Source of the DNA: the human T2T-CHM13v2.0 reference genome, Homo sapiens
Reading direction: 5' to 3' (one strand)
Assembly (NCBI RefSeq): GCF_009914755.1
Contig: NC_060935.1
Length of the DNA stretch: 64,000 nt
Below the pieces are notes generated by a model. That model was not told the origin of the DNA, ran no database searches, and saw only the letters and a program-made list of their open reading frames with translations. Both the position numbers and the translations under genes were made by a program. The stretch's first letter is position 1. Each line of letters opens with the position of its first letter. Below, one piece after another: positions 51,334 to 64,000 of this stretch.

Positions 51334-53053
51334 GGAAGCCAATACCAATATCTAACTTGATAAATCCAGAGTCACACAGACACTTTATTTAAAGATATAA
51401 AAGTAACCCCTCTAAGATATAAAACCAGGAATGGTTCAAAGGGGTTGGTTGTCTCTGGAGACCAGATTGGGGACAGGGAAGTGGAGAACTGGGGATTGTT
51501 GAGACCATTATACATGATAAGCTCTTCTATACTGCTTGGTGCTTTTTTTTTAAACCATGTGCCCGTATAATTTTGATAAAATATTTTAAAAATTTTAAAA
51601 AAATACAGCAGGAAACATGTTTGTGCATAAAGAATTGTTGCCACTTTTTGTTATGTTCTCATGCTGTATTCTTATAATTTCTGTGTTAAAGATTGCTGAT
51701 ACAAATTTGTTTCCAGAAAGTGCAGGTTGCTAAATAGAGTGACATGTAAACTATCAATCACATAGCAGGTACTCAGTACATATTAGCTAGAAACAAATCA
51801 CTCAGTGCTATGTCCAGATTCTAACCCCTTCCCAGTAGTTGCCACAAAGAAGTGCAGCTCTCTGGATGATATCCCTCTGGGCTTTTGCTAATACAAATAC
51901 TACTGCAGCAAGCAGCCTGTGCTAATATCAATTCCAGTTTTTGGCAGTGTGTACTTGGGATAGATTCCTAGAAATGGGTAAATGCACATGTAATTTGGCT
52001 AGATAATGTCATGTTCCCCTCCACAGGGACTGTAGCATTTTCCACTTCCTCAGTAATGTGTGAGCAGGCTTTTTCCCCACATCTTCACCAAGAGAAATTA
52101 TTATCCAACTATGAAATTTATGCAGTGAGAAATAATCTCTCAGTGTAGTTTGAATTTACATTTCTGTAACTGCCACTGCCCATTCCAAGCTTCCTTTGCC
52201 CTTTGCCAGCACTTCAGCTGGTCTAGCTGCTTGTTAAGTGGTGACGCAGATCTTTGTCCCTGAAGGCTCTGGGCTCTTGGCCACCTTGCCCTTGTCAAGC
52301 CATGGGTCCCTCATTGCCCATTCAGTGTTATTACAGCACATAGATGCACCAAGATGCATCTTAGGGAATCCCCTGAGCTCCAGACATTCTCCTTTTTATC
52401 CACGTTAAGTGTCCGCAACCGAACCTCTTTGTGAAAATCAGTGTTGATTACACTCTGCCAGCATAGTAAATCCATTTTTGCTTTCTGAACCACTGATCCC
52501 AGAGTGGCCAGGTAGCAGCTGTATCTTCAGGTCAAGTGGAACCCTCCTGTGTCTCTTGATGGAAGAGCTCACCTCTTCCTGCAAACTAGGACTTCTATCC
52601 AGCAGAGCCTAAAGCTGTAGGAGCACAAGGCAAAATTTCTGCAAGTGGGTCACTGGAAATGACGGTAAGAGGAGCCACTCCTCCTCCTGCCCTTTGGTTC
52701 CTGAACCTCTGTATTCCAACAAATGAAGACAGAGCGCCACATAACAGCCATTGGTTCCGTGTATATTTCGCACCCTCCAGGTGCCCTCACCCTACGGGAT
52801 GTCATCTCCAGGCTAGCGCCTTTGCTAAGCCTTTCCGACCAGGTAATTCCAGGTGACATTCTAAGTAGGACCAATGGATCCTGTGGGAATGTGCCCACTG
52901 TCATACCTTCTTCACCATAAAATGAGGGCCCTTAGGCTGAGGCAATGTGAGGCAGGGTTCTGTCTCAGGAAATCAGAAACACCGGCAGCTCTGCATTGGT
53001 TCTGGCAGAGCTGCTGTAGGCAGGGAAGGCAAACCCACAGCCAGAGATAGTTT

Positions 53054-53769
<716 letters not shown>

Positions 53770-56307
53770 CCAGAAATAGTTTGTTTCTTTAAGGAAAAAT
53801 CACTTCCCCTTCCAGGATAGAAGGGGTCTGATATAATCAACTTATTTGATCTTCTCCAGAGATGGAGCCTTCCTGGGGACTCCTTTGTTGGCCCATTAGA
53901 TAATTGGCAGAGGCAGTGGCTAGAGCAGCCTTGGTGAACAGGAGCCATGCCACTGAGCCAGTGCTTGGCCTCCATCCCCACCACTGTCACTGCTCCATTC
54001 ATGGGTCCGTTACTCAAGCACAGGAATGGCTAAGGACAGAGGCTGGCTGACATCCACCAAAGAAATCACCCTGTCCAGTGACTTGCTGAGTTCTTCTTCT
54101 GAGGTAGAGGCTTCCAAGTAAACACTGATGTGAGACACAGACATCTTCACTCTCGGTGTCCACCTCTGTAGGTCCATCCATGTGCCTCTTCCCAGTCTTC
54201 AGATGATGCATCTTTCAGTGGCCAGCCAGTGATTCACCGCTGCTCAGGAGTAGGTGTATGTCTCTACCTCAGGCCACTTCTCATTCCACAAAATGCTTAC
54301 AACCAAGTGCACTGCTCTTTGCCCACTAGGAGGATTTTCCTTTGACACTGCCTTTAGGGACCCCCTGCCTAGGGGTATCGTGTGGCAGCAGTTCATTTTC
54401 AGCTCACACCAGCCTACATGTGAGCCTACCCATACAGAAACCAGGCCTGGATGTTTTCTTCCTCTATCATCTGGTCATAGGGAAGCCCCATGAGGCCCTA
54501 AGTGTGAGCTGCAGGAGAGACATCAGTGCAACAGGTTACGTGACAGAGGCTCTGAGCCACCTGCTTGTGTGACTAATTTGTGCCTTCTAGAGCTCCTCAG
54601 GCCTGGATGTACCACTTCCATCAGACAGTGGATTGCTGCAATGCCTGCCTAATCTTATCATGACTTGATGAATCTAACAATACCCAGTTTATGACAGGCA
54701 GCTCCTGTCTCGAAATCGCTTGGTGTCTGTGCCATGGTCAGTGACCACTAGGGCCTAGAAGTACACCAGAAGCTTCTTTTTGAATGCATAGTTCTCTAAT
54801 GCAGAAGGGATGGCCTAGCTAGAGGTCTGTGTCATCATCTCCTACTGGGACCTGCCAGAAACTGCACCCAGCAACTCTATCTCCATGGATACCTCTAACA
54901 CTATAGCCAAGTAGCAGACCAGCTTGCACGCAACCTGGTCCTAATGCAGAGCCCTCTCTTCCTCTGGGCCCCGCTTGAAATTGTTAAACCTCTGATTACT
55001 TGGTAAATAGATTGGGATAGTATTCTCAATGTAGCATATGCTGCATCCAAAATCCAAAGTACCCATCAAACGCATGCGTCTTGCTTAGTGATAAGGAGTA
55101 TAAGGTGCAATAACTTGTTCTTTATCTCAGAAGGGATGTCTCAGCGTGTCTCAGAGCTGGACCCTCTACAACCTTCACCCTGAATCTTTGTAGGGTTTAT
55201 CGCCTATCCTCTGACACATATGTTTCTCATTAGGACATTCAGAGTAATGCCATATTCCTATCTTCCAGGTCCAATTAGCATGATGTCACCAATATAGTGG
55301 ATCACAGTGCTGTTCTGCAGCAAGTCAAGATGAGCAAAGTCTTAGCAGATTACATTGTGACAGAGAGGAGAGTTAACATAGGCTTGGGGCATGGCTGTGA
55401 ATGAGTATTATTACTCTTTCCATATACATGCGAACTGCTCTTGATTACTAATTGATTACTAAGGGGGATTGAAAAAGAACACATTAACAGAGTTAAAGCC
55501 AAGATGCCAGAGGCTGTGCTGATCTAGTCCAATAAAAATACTGCATTCATCATAAGCGCAGCATTTCTGACAACCACGTGGATCCTGTAGTTACTACATC
55601 ATCTGTTGGATGATCTGCATGGATTTTGCAGATATTAATACAAGTGAATTAAGTGGGAAATGTCATGGGGACCATCACCCCTGCATCCTTTATGTTTTTA
55701 AGGGTGACATTAATTTTTGAGCCCAAACAAATTTCCAACCTGCAGATTCAGGACTAAATAAATAGTTTTAGTTTTAAGCTACTATTTGAGACATGGTGCC
55801 ATGCAGCAAAAACTGCACTGGATATGCATATTGGGAATACAGAAGCAAAATCTGGACAGGGAGAATAGACTTCAGAGCCACAAGATGAAGTCAAGGAAGT
55901 GGGCGAGACCACCCTGGAAACTCATGTAAAGTAAAAACAGCTTGAGATTCCAAAACTCCACATTCCCAACTGAGTTCAGTATTCCCATCTCAGAAAATGT
56001 CACCAGCATCTACCCTAGCAGCCAAGTGGGAGACTGAGCGTTTCGCAGCACACATCATGTCTTTGGTGGTCTGGCCCTGCCAGCTTCATCTCCCTCCTTC
56101 AGGCACCCTACACTCCAGCAAAATGGAACTCTCTGATGCTCCCAAAATTTACTATGCTTGCTTCCCAGCACCATGCTATTGCCCATGCACCTTCTTCTAT
56201 CTGGAATGCTCTTCCCAGCTCCTTCTTCGTATATTTTACTGCCATTTCCATCTCATATGTCTCTACCTCTGGGTAGATTTCCATGACCACCTTCCACCAA
56301 GAGTTAG

Positions 56308-56621
<314 letters not shown>

Positions 56622-57987
56622 ACCTCCTTCCTCATCTTTCTGTTCACAGACCACCATAGCACACAATATTGAGACAATTGCTTTATTTCTGCCAGCCCTT
56701 TCCATCCTCCCCACCAGACTGAGGTGGCCTGAAAGACAAGGACTGCGCCTTTTATATCTCTAGGCATCTGTGCTTACATATAATCAAGAACTTAGAGTGT
56801 CTCCCTGGAAACAAATAAATCTAAGCTGGGTCCTACTTGAGATGGGGAGATTTCAGAATGGCCAGTCTGAGTTAATGTCAAGTCTGGTTTCTTTTTCCTG
56901 TCTTCCTTCTACAGAGTGTATAGTGATCACTGTTGATGGACTGATGTAACATTCATTCATTCATTGTCAAGCCACTTTTCCTTTGTCTCCTTAACTACAA
57001 AGGCGGAAAACCTACCCAGTTGATTTCCCAGGCTCTCCTGCATTTAGGTGTGGCCACGTGACAACATGTGGCCAACAAGGTGAAGCAGAAGTTTGCTAGA
57101 GGCTCCTGGGAAAGCTTTTGCTTTTCTGATCAAAATGACATTGGGGCTGACCTTAGAGATACAAAGCCTGAAACTTCACCAGCTGTCTTGCACCTTGAGG
57201 CAACAAGCAAACACACTAAGGGTAGTCTGAGTCCCTGAGGGCTTTCAGAAGCTCTGCCCCAGCCTCAGGGGCCTGTCTCCAGACCACTCCTGATGTGAAG
57301 TATCTAAGTGCTCTGATTGTTGAAGCCATTCCTGAGACAGAGCACCCAGAGCCGCAGAAACAAGCTGCCGGAAGAGTATTCAAGTCAAGGTCATGCTGGA
57401 ACAGTGTTAAATAAAAATCTATCAATTAACAAATCCATAGGGGCCTGTTTCCCTTCTGCTCTTGGTACTGTGGAGGAGACCTGGAAACATGTACCCTTTG
57501 TTCTGAAAGTGTTGACAGTGGAGTGGGAAGCGGTCTGATGAAAGAACACACTCAGCAGCACACAGTTAATTGCTGGATACCATAAAGCTCGGGGGCTTTG
57601 CAAAGGGGAAGCGCCTTCGATGGGGAAGGCTTCCTGGAGGACAAGAGGCTGGACCAGGGCTTCAGAAGTCGAGTGGGATGTGTTGAGCTGTCATTAGCCC
57701 ATCTGTGATTTCTGCCTGGAGAGGCGGGTGAGCTGAGGGAGGCAAGCTGCCTCGTGAGCCTCCAGAACACAATAGAGGCTCGGTGAGTGTTAACGCCCTG
57801 CTGATCCTCTGCACAAGGTGGTTTAGAAAAATGTTTTTCTCCTCAGATTCATTCACTCAACAAATATATTTATTAGGCCTTTACTACAGATGAGGAACTG
57901 CTGTAGATGCTATAAATATACCTATGGACAGAACACACACAGTTCCTGACCTCAAAGAGCTTCTATTCTAATGAGGGAGACAGGTGT

Positions 57988-58023
<36 letters not shown>

Positions 58024-58906
58024 CAAAGCTGGAGGGGGCAGCATTAACAAACTCAGGACTGGGCAGCTTTCTTTTTTCCTCAAGGTTTCTGTCTTCCCTG
58101 ATGGGTTGCACATGTGTTATGTTGCCCAAGCAACTCATCAGACAGCCCTGCTTCCTGGGGCACATAGAAAATAGTGGCCTGGCGAGGGTACCAGCTGTGG
58201 GTGCCTGTGCAGCCTCCACACTGCAGGCCAGTCCTGTGTCTCTTCATCCAGAAGGGTCCTTTTCTTCTTCCTCTACCTGGGGAATCCTTCCTCCTTGGCC
58301 AGAACTGAGCTGATTGCAGTTGATCATCCCAAACTGTGACACTCTGCAAGGTGAAAGGGGGCACTATTATAATCACACCAAACAACAGGCAAACCAAGAC
58401 ACGTGGTCTCCTATCCAGAGCCCAGTTCTGACATCTCATCCTCTAGACACCATTCCCTATGTTAGATCATTATTTCCTAAACTGTGTTCTGTGGAACATC
58501 TGGGAGACCTCAATAGGAGTTTCAGAAAAACAAAAACAAACTGAAAATCCCACATTGAAATTATTTTGAGAAAGTCTGAGTTAACCCAAGGCAAACAGAT
58601 TTCCTTACTGCAGGACTCCCAAAATGAATATGTATTGGTAAGAGTATAGCATGTCATGTTTCCCAAACTCATTTGACCATGAAGTCCTTTGTGCAGAGAG
58701 CATCTCATGGAAGTAACACACTTTGAGAAATACTGTCCTAGACAAATAGAATTGTTCCCAGAGTTTAGACTTATCCCTGTCCTGATGTTTAGTATGAATG
58801 TATGAATATTAGGACGAAGATGGGCTCATGTCCAGCTCTGCCTCTTTCCAGCTGGTTACCATTTTGCATCAGGATGCTTTTGGCTGCAAGTAACAATTAT
58901 TAGTAG

Positions 58907-59409
58907 GTATTATGGTTTATTACCCTTGACAACTAATAAGAAATAAAACCAACACTGTGGAGTGGCAAACACAAGAGAAGCCTTTTTAATCAGGGTCTTA
59001 AGGATTGCAATTTGGGAGTCACAAATTTAGCAAGCAGCTAAATCGTGTTCTGTCCAGGCGAGGTTGGGCAGGAGCTTATGAAAGTTTACTGTAAGTCTAC
59101 ACAGGGGGAAGAATTTGGCACAGTCTACGTCAATGTGGCTTGCTGACAGTTTAGAATGCCTCTTCGGTGACGATTAGCTGAATTTGATGCCACTGTCTCC
59201 CCAGGAGATTTATGATCAGTCCTAATATAAAGAGTTCAAATCAAATGCAGCTGCTTCTTAAGAATGTTGGTGACTTAGCCCAGTTGAACAGGTGAAATTC
59301 CAGCTGAGTGTGTATGTGATTGGGTCCCAACTCCTCATGCTCATGCCCTCCCGGCTCCTTCTTAGAGGCCTCTGACATAACCATCTCCATTTTGGATTTC
59401 ATTTTACAC
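58907..59409 (-). mobile_element. ERV1-like LTR nested in MaLR (MLT1) relic
   Basis: Ends ...ccattttggatttcattttaca, with MLT1-like flanks (gcttttggctgcaagtaac...). Family not determined. Confidence 0.35.
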
Positions 59410-59467
59410 TCTTACAACAAGAACTTCTGAGCATAGCACAGAATTTTCCTCAAGGGCCCGGATGTCC

Positions 59468-59775
59468 ATTTATTTTTTATTTATTTTTTTTTTTGAGACG
59501 GAGTCTCGCTCTGTCGCCCAGGCTGGAGTGCAGTTGTGCGATCTTGGCTCACTGCAAGCTCCGCCTCACGTGTTCACGCCATTCTCCTGCCTCAGCCTCC
59601 CGAGTAGCTGGGACTACAGGCACCCACCACCATGCCCAGCTAATTTTTGGTATTTTTAGTAGACACAACATCTCTCTGTGTTAGCCAGGATGGTCTCGAT
59701 CTCCTGACCTCGTGATCCACCAGCCTCGGCCTCCCAAAGTGCGGGGATTATAGGCATGAGCCACTGTGCCTGGCC
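59468..59775 (-). mobile_element. AluY
   Basis: TSD gatgtccattt. Confidence 0.92.
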
Positions 59776-59957
59776 CAGATGTCCATTTCTTCACGCTGCC
59801 ATCTTTAGCCTGTTGCTTGTCTCCAATCATGGTGCAGGATGACTACAGCAGCTCCAAAAATAACCCACAGAAGACATCCAGTCAAAGGGGGCATTTCCTG
59901 CCACGTATGTCTTTACCATTTATTCTTAGCAAGAAAAGCGTTTTCCAGATGCCACCT

Positions 59958-60020
59958 CACACACACACACAGACACACAGACACAGACACAGACACACAG
60001 ACACACACACACACACACAG
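59958..60020. repeat. imperfect (CA)n/(CAGA) microsatellite
   Basis: cacacacaca...cagacacaga... run. Confidence 0.9.
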
Positions 60021-60059
60021 CCTACCCACACACCCCTATAGAAGTCTTTTCCTCAGGTC

Positions 60060-60169
60060 TCAGTGACCAACCATCCCAGTTTGCCCAGGGCTGAGGGATT
60101 TCCAGCAGGCAGCATTACTAGTACTAAACCTGGGACATTCCTAGGCAAGCTTGGACAAGTTGGTAACTG
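60060..60169. mobile_element. MER81-like MITE
   Basis: gtgaccaaccatcccagtttgccc...ggacaagttggtaac, homologous to 49130-49243. Confidence 0.65.
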
Positions 60170-60821
60170 GATTGAAATGGACCACATGACTGTCTAAACC
60201 ACAGTATCACCATGATTGGTTTAGACTAATCAGGAATACACCCTGAGGCTAGAAAGGGGGCCAGCTTTCCTGAATATGGAATGATGAATGCCCCAACAAA
60301 ACCTACTTTCTTACAGTGAGGAAGAGGGGCAAAAGTTACTGGATAAGTAATCAACAGGGCTCCCTTCTCTGTAAAAATTCTCTCCTCATGCTCTTCTTAT
60401 AAAGATTAGATGACATGATATGCAATGGTTCCTCATAGAGAAACAAAGATAGAGCATCTTTTTTTTTTTTTTTTTTGAGACAGGGTCTTGCTCTGTTGCC
60501 CATGCTGAAGCGCAGTGGCATGATCATAGCTCACAATAGCATCTTTTTATTAGGTACTTACCATGTATATGCACTGTGCTAAAACTGTCAAATGCAGTAA
60601 AGGCATTACATGTGTTAGGTCACTACATCCATACGACACGCTAAGGAACAGGGATGTGAATCCTATTTTACAGATATTCCTGAAACATAGAGAAGTTAAG
60701 TGATTTACCCAAGGTCAAGCAGCTAGTAAGCAGTCAAGCCAGGTCTCAAACCAAAGTCTGTCTGATGCCATGATGCTCCTCTTTTTTAATTAACTAATCT
60801 TACTTTATTACATTCTAATTC

Positions 60822-61127
<306 letters not shown>

Positions 61128-61972
61128 TACATTCTAATTCTTTTAAAAATGGTTTCTCCAACATGATGTACAAGCTAATTTCTGGTTACTCTGAATATAT
61201 TTTATTCCTCAACAAGTCAAATTGCCTGAAAGCAAGGGATGCTTGTTTACTTTTATAAACACTATTACATAAAAAGAACATTATGTGAAAAAAGATACAG
61301 ATACTAATAAATTAGTCACTGTATGTCTTTGCACATTGTCTATTGTAAAACTTCCCAAGATATGATGATTCTTTAATCGTAGTACCTTGAATGTGAGTAT
61401 GTGGGCCTTGTGCCCTGAGCCTAAGCAGTTTCCTTATGGAAAAATTCCCTAGTTGAGTTTTCTTCTTCCAAATTACAATTGCCTTTAGTCACATGACCAA
61501 AAGGATCATGGGATGTGTCCTTGTTAATGACCAGCTTTTCACTCCTGTGTAGGAATCGTGGGCCCACTTTTCATTCCAGGTCCTTCGATATCTGAACATT
61601 CTGTGTCAACAAGCGAGATCAGATATTTCTCAGCTTTGGTTAATCTTTGCTTCAGTTTCTGCTGCATTGACTCATAGCCAGCCAGGATCCAGGCAAAACT
61701 TGTTTTCAGGAGTCTACTGACCCCTCCATTAGGATGGCCCCCTCTTCAAAATCTTCAGGCTCACTTCTGGCATCTGCAGTATTTATATCCACATTCATCT
61801 TTCATCAAGATTTGCTTCCCTTTCTCTTCCAGCAGAGCTTTGGCATCTGGGTACTCAGAGCTTCCATGAAGTCATCTTCTGAGAGACAGAACAAGTCTGA
61901 GTAGCCGACACTTTAAATATTTGCCATTCTTTGATTGCCAGTTCTGCTGCCTTTAATGATAATGCTGACCTC

Positions 61973-62266
61973 TCTGGGTGCGGTGGCTCACACCTGTAAT
62001 CCCAACACTTTGAGAGCCCAAGGTGGGCAGATCATGTGAGCCCAGGAGTTCTAGACCAGCCTGGGCAATGAGAGGAAACCCCATCTCTACAAAAAATACA
62101 AAACAACTAGCTGGGTATGGTGGCATGCACCTGTAGTCCCAGCTACTCGGGAGGCTGAGGTGAAGAATTGCTTGAGCCCGGGAGGTGGAGGTTGCAGTAA
62201 CCCAAGATCATGCCACTGTACTCCAACCTGGGCAATAGAGTGAGACTCTGTCTCAAAAAAAAAAAA
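61973..62266 (+). mobile_element. AluJb-like element in the CNGA1 retrocopy cyclic-nucleotide-binding domain
   Basis: TSD aatgctgacctc (61961-61972 / 62267-62278). Confidence 0.92.
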
Positions 62267-62416
62267 AATGCTGACCTCATCAAAGTAGCTGCCATCACTC
62301 AGTACCACAAACTGAGTGACTCCCTCATCTCATCATCTGCCACCATGACGAGTTTACCTCCTTTGATTACTTACGTCTCTCATACAATGTCCCCTTTCTC
62401 ACAAATGTAATCTCCA

Positions 62417-62729
62417 GGCTGGGTGCGGTGGCTCCATGCCTGTAATACCAGCACTTTGGGAGGCCAAGGCAGGAGGCTCGCTTGAGGCCAGGAGTTCAAG
62501 ACCAGCCTAGACATCATGGTGAAACCTCGTCTCTACAAAAAATACAAAATAATAATAATAATAATAATAACCAGGCATGGTGTCGCATGCCTGTAGTCTC
62601 AGCTACTCAGGGGACTGAGGCAGGAGAATCGCTTGAACCCAGGAGGCAAAAGTTGTAGTGAGCCGAGATCACACCACGGCACTCCAGCCTGGGTGACAGA
62701 GCGAGACTCCCATCAAAAAAAAAAAAAAA
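62417..62729 (+). mobile_element. old Alu (J/Sz-like) without TSD, at the CNGA1 deletion junction
   Basis: Flanked by non-contiguous CNGA1 segments. Confidence 0.92.
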
Positions 62730-62883
62730 GCCAATATTCTGGGTAATTACACTGAAGTTCATCAAAACAGGCCATCTCAGTAACCATAACCCAGGTGTAC
62801 ATTTAAGAGGTTCCGCCATGCAAAACAGCCAGTTGTAACATGTGTTTCCCAAGGGATCAATAAATGCAACTTCTTTCTTATCC

Positions 62884-63024
62884 AATTTATTATAAAGGAT
62901 ACAACTTAGGAATAGACAAGTGAAAGAAATGCATCATATGTAGGAATGGGGAGGAGCTTCCATGCCCTCTCCAAGTGTGCCACCCTCCGAGCACCTCGAT
63001 GTGTTCACCAGCCCAGAACATCAA
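62884..63024 (-). mobile_element. MER21-type LTR segment forming the 5' end of the CNGA1 retrocopy
   Basis: Minus strand ...ggtgaacacatcgaggtgctcggagggtggc...gagagggcatggaagctcc...gttgtatcctttataataaa resembles the MER21 consensus as I recall it. It lies inside the retrocopy's TSDs. Confidence 0.7.
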
Positions 63025-63668
63025 CCATGGTGCCCTCTTAATCTCTCTACACTCTTCCCACAGTTGTGCATCCAATGTTAACTTCTTTCCTGTTAATCTC
63101 CAGCACCTGGTACAGATAGCAAGCATTCATTAAATATTTTTTAAATGAGTACATGGTAACAGCTGACATTTCTGCAACCATTATGGTTTATAAAGAACTT
63201 TTTTCTGAACTCAGGATTTTCTCCCCCAGATCTGGTCCTCTTTCATGGCTTCTTCTCCTAGCAAATGGCACCGACATCTATGCAGTCACACAAACCAGAA
63301 AACAGAGTCACCAACCCCCCTCTTTCCATTCCACACATCATATCCAGCCCATGACCAAGAGCATCTCTCACATCTGTGCATTTCTCTCTCTCCTCCATGA
63401 CTTCAGGCCAAGGGATGATTATGTTCTCGCCTGGGCTGTTGCAGGAGCTTCCTGCCTGGTCTTCCCATCGCAGAGAACCTATTTCCAGACTGTTCTCTGT
63501 GCTGCAGACACCAGGTTCTGACTGGGTCACCTGCCTACTTAAAACCCTTAATGTTCACTCCTTTTGGGATAAAGCCCAAACTCCTTAACGCAGCCTGGCC
63601 TCTGCCTGCCTCCCTTGCCTCATCTTACCAACAATCCTCTCTCTTTCACACTCTACAGCCACCCCAAC

Positions 63669-63775
63669 CATGGAAGCTCCATTCCTCTGCCTACATACCT
63701 TACCCTGCGCATTTCTTCCACTCAGCTATTCCTGAGTTGTATCCTTTATAATAAATTAGTAAAGCTTCTTTAAGT
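63669..63775 (+). mobile_element. second short MER21-type fragment within an L2 relic
   Basis: catggaagctcc...ttcctgagttgtatcctttataataaatt is a diverged inverted homologue of 62884-62964. Confidence 0.6.
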
Positions 63776-64000
63776 TCTTCCTTCTTGTTGGGCCTCATCC
63801 TGCCTCCAGACCTTTGCACAAACTGTTTCTTCCCCTCTTTGCCTCTTATACCTCAGGTGTTAGCCCAGGCATCTCTCCGTCTACTGTGACCCCTCTGACC
63901 ACCATAATTAGGTCAAATCCCCTCATGTAGACTCTTGTGGCATCACCTACTTTTCCTTAATGGCCCAGTTGCAGTTTTATTTTTGCTTTGGTTTTATTTG

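Noticed and set aside
57993-58021. A29 run (and A21 at 49889-49909) as retro-insertion tails
   Set aside because: No attached element or TSD visible. Treated as mononucleotide expansions.

Overview
Primate genomic DNA, very probably human. It is dominated by repeats (about 40 Alus, several L1s, one full-length SVA, MaLR/ERV1/ERVL LTR elements, hAT/Tigger MITEs) and contains no intact protein-coding gene that I can support. Two gene relics stand out. (1) The unitary ART2/RT6 ecto-ADP-ribosyltransferase pseudogene (ART2BP/ART2P, known from 11q13) lies on the + strand. I can rebuild its signal-peptide exon (30412-30492), catalytic exon (31419-32166, three in-frame stops) and GPI-signal exon (36028-36104). 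It also carries two splice lesions: a GT>AT donor, and an Alu inside the acceptor's polypyrimidine tract. (2) A processed pseudogene of the rod cGMP-gated channel CNGA1 lies on the - strand (60782-63024), bounded by target-site duplications (TSDs). Its 5' end is a MER21-type LTR segment joined at what I recall as a CNGA1 exon start, so it looks like a fossil of an LTR-promoted, N-terminally truncated CNGA1 mRNA. About 0.9 kb of its coding sequence is replaced by an Alu that has no TSD. Also present are a TSD-bounded orphan 3'UTR-like retrocopy inside an ERVL pol relic, a multi-level nested transposon stack (10.7-22 kb), and signs of Alu-associated deletions. Repeat family names and reference protein sequences are recalled from memory, not from searches.
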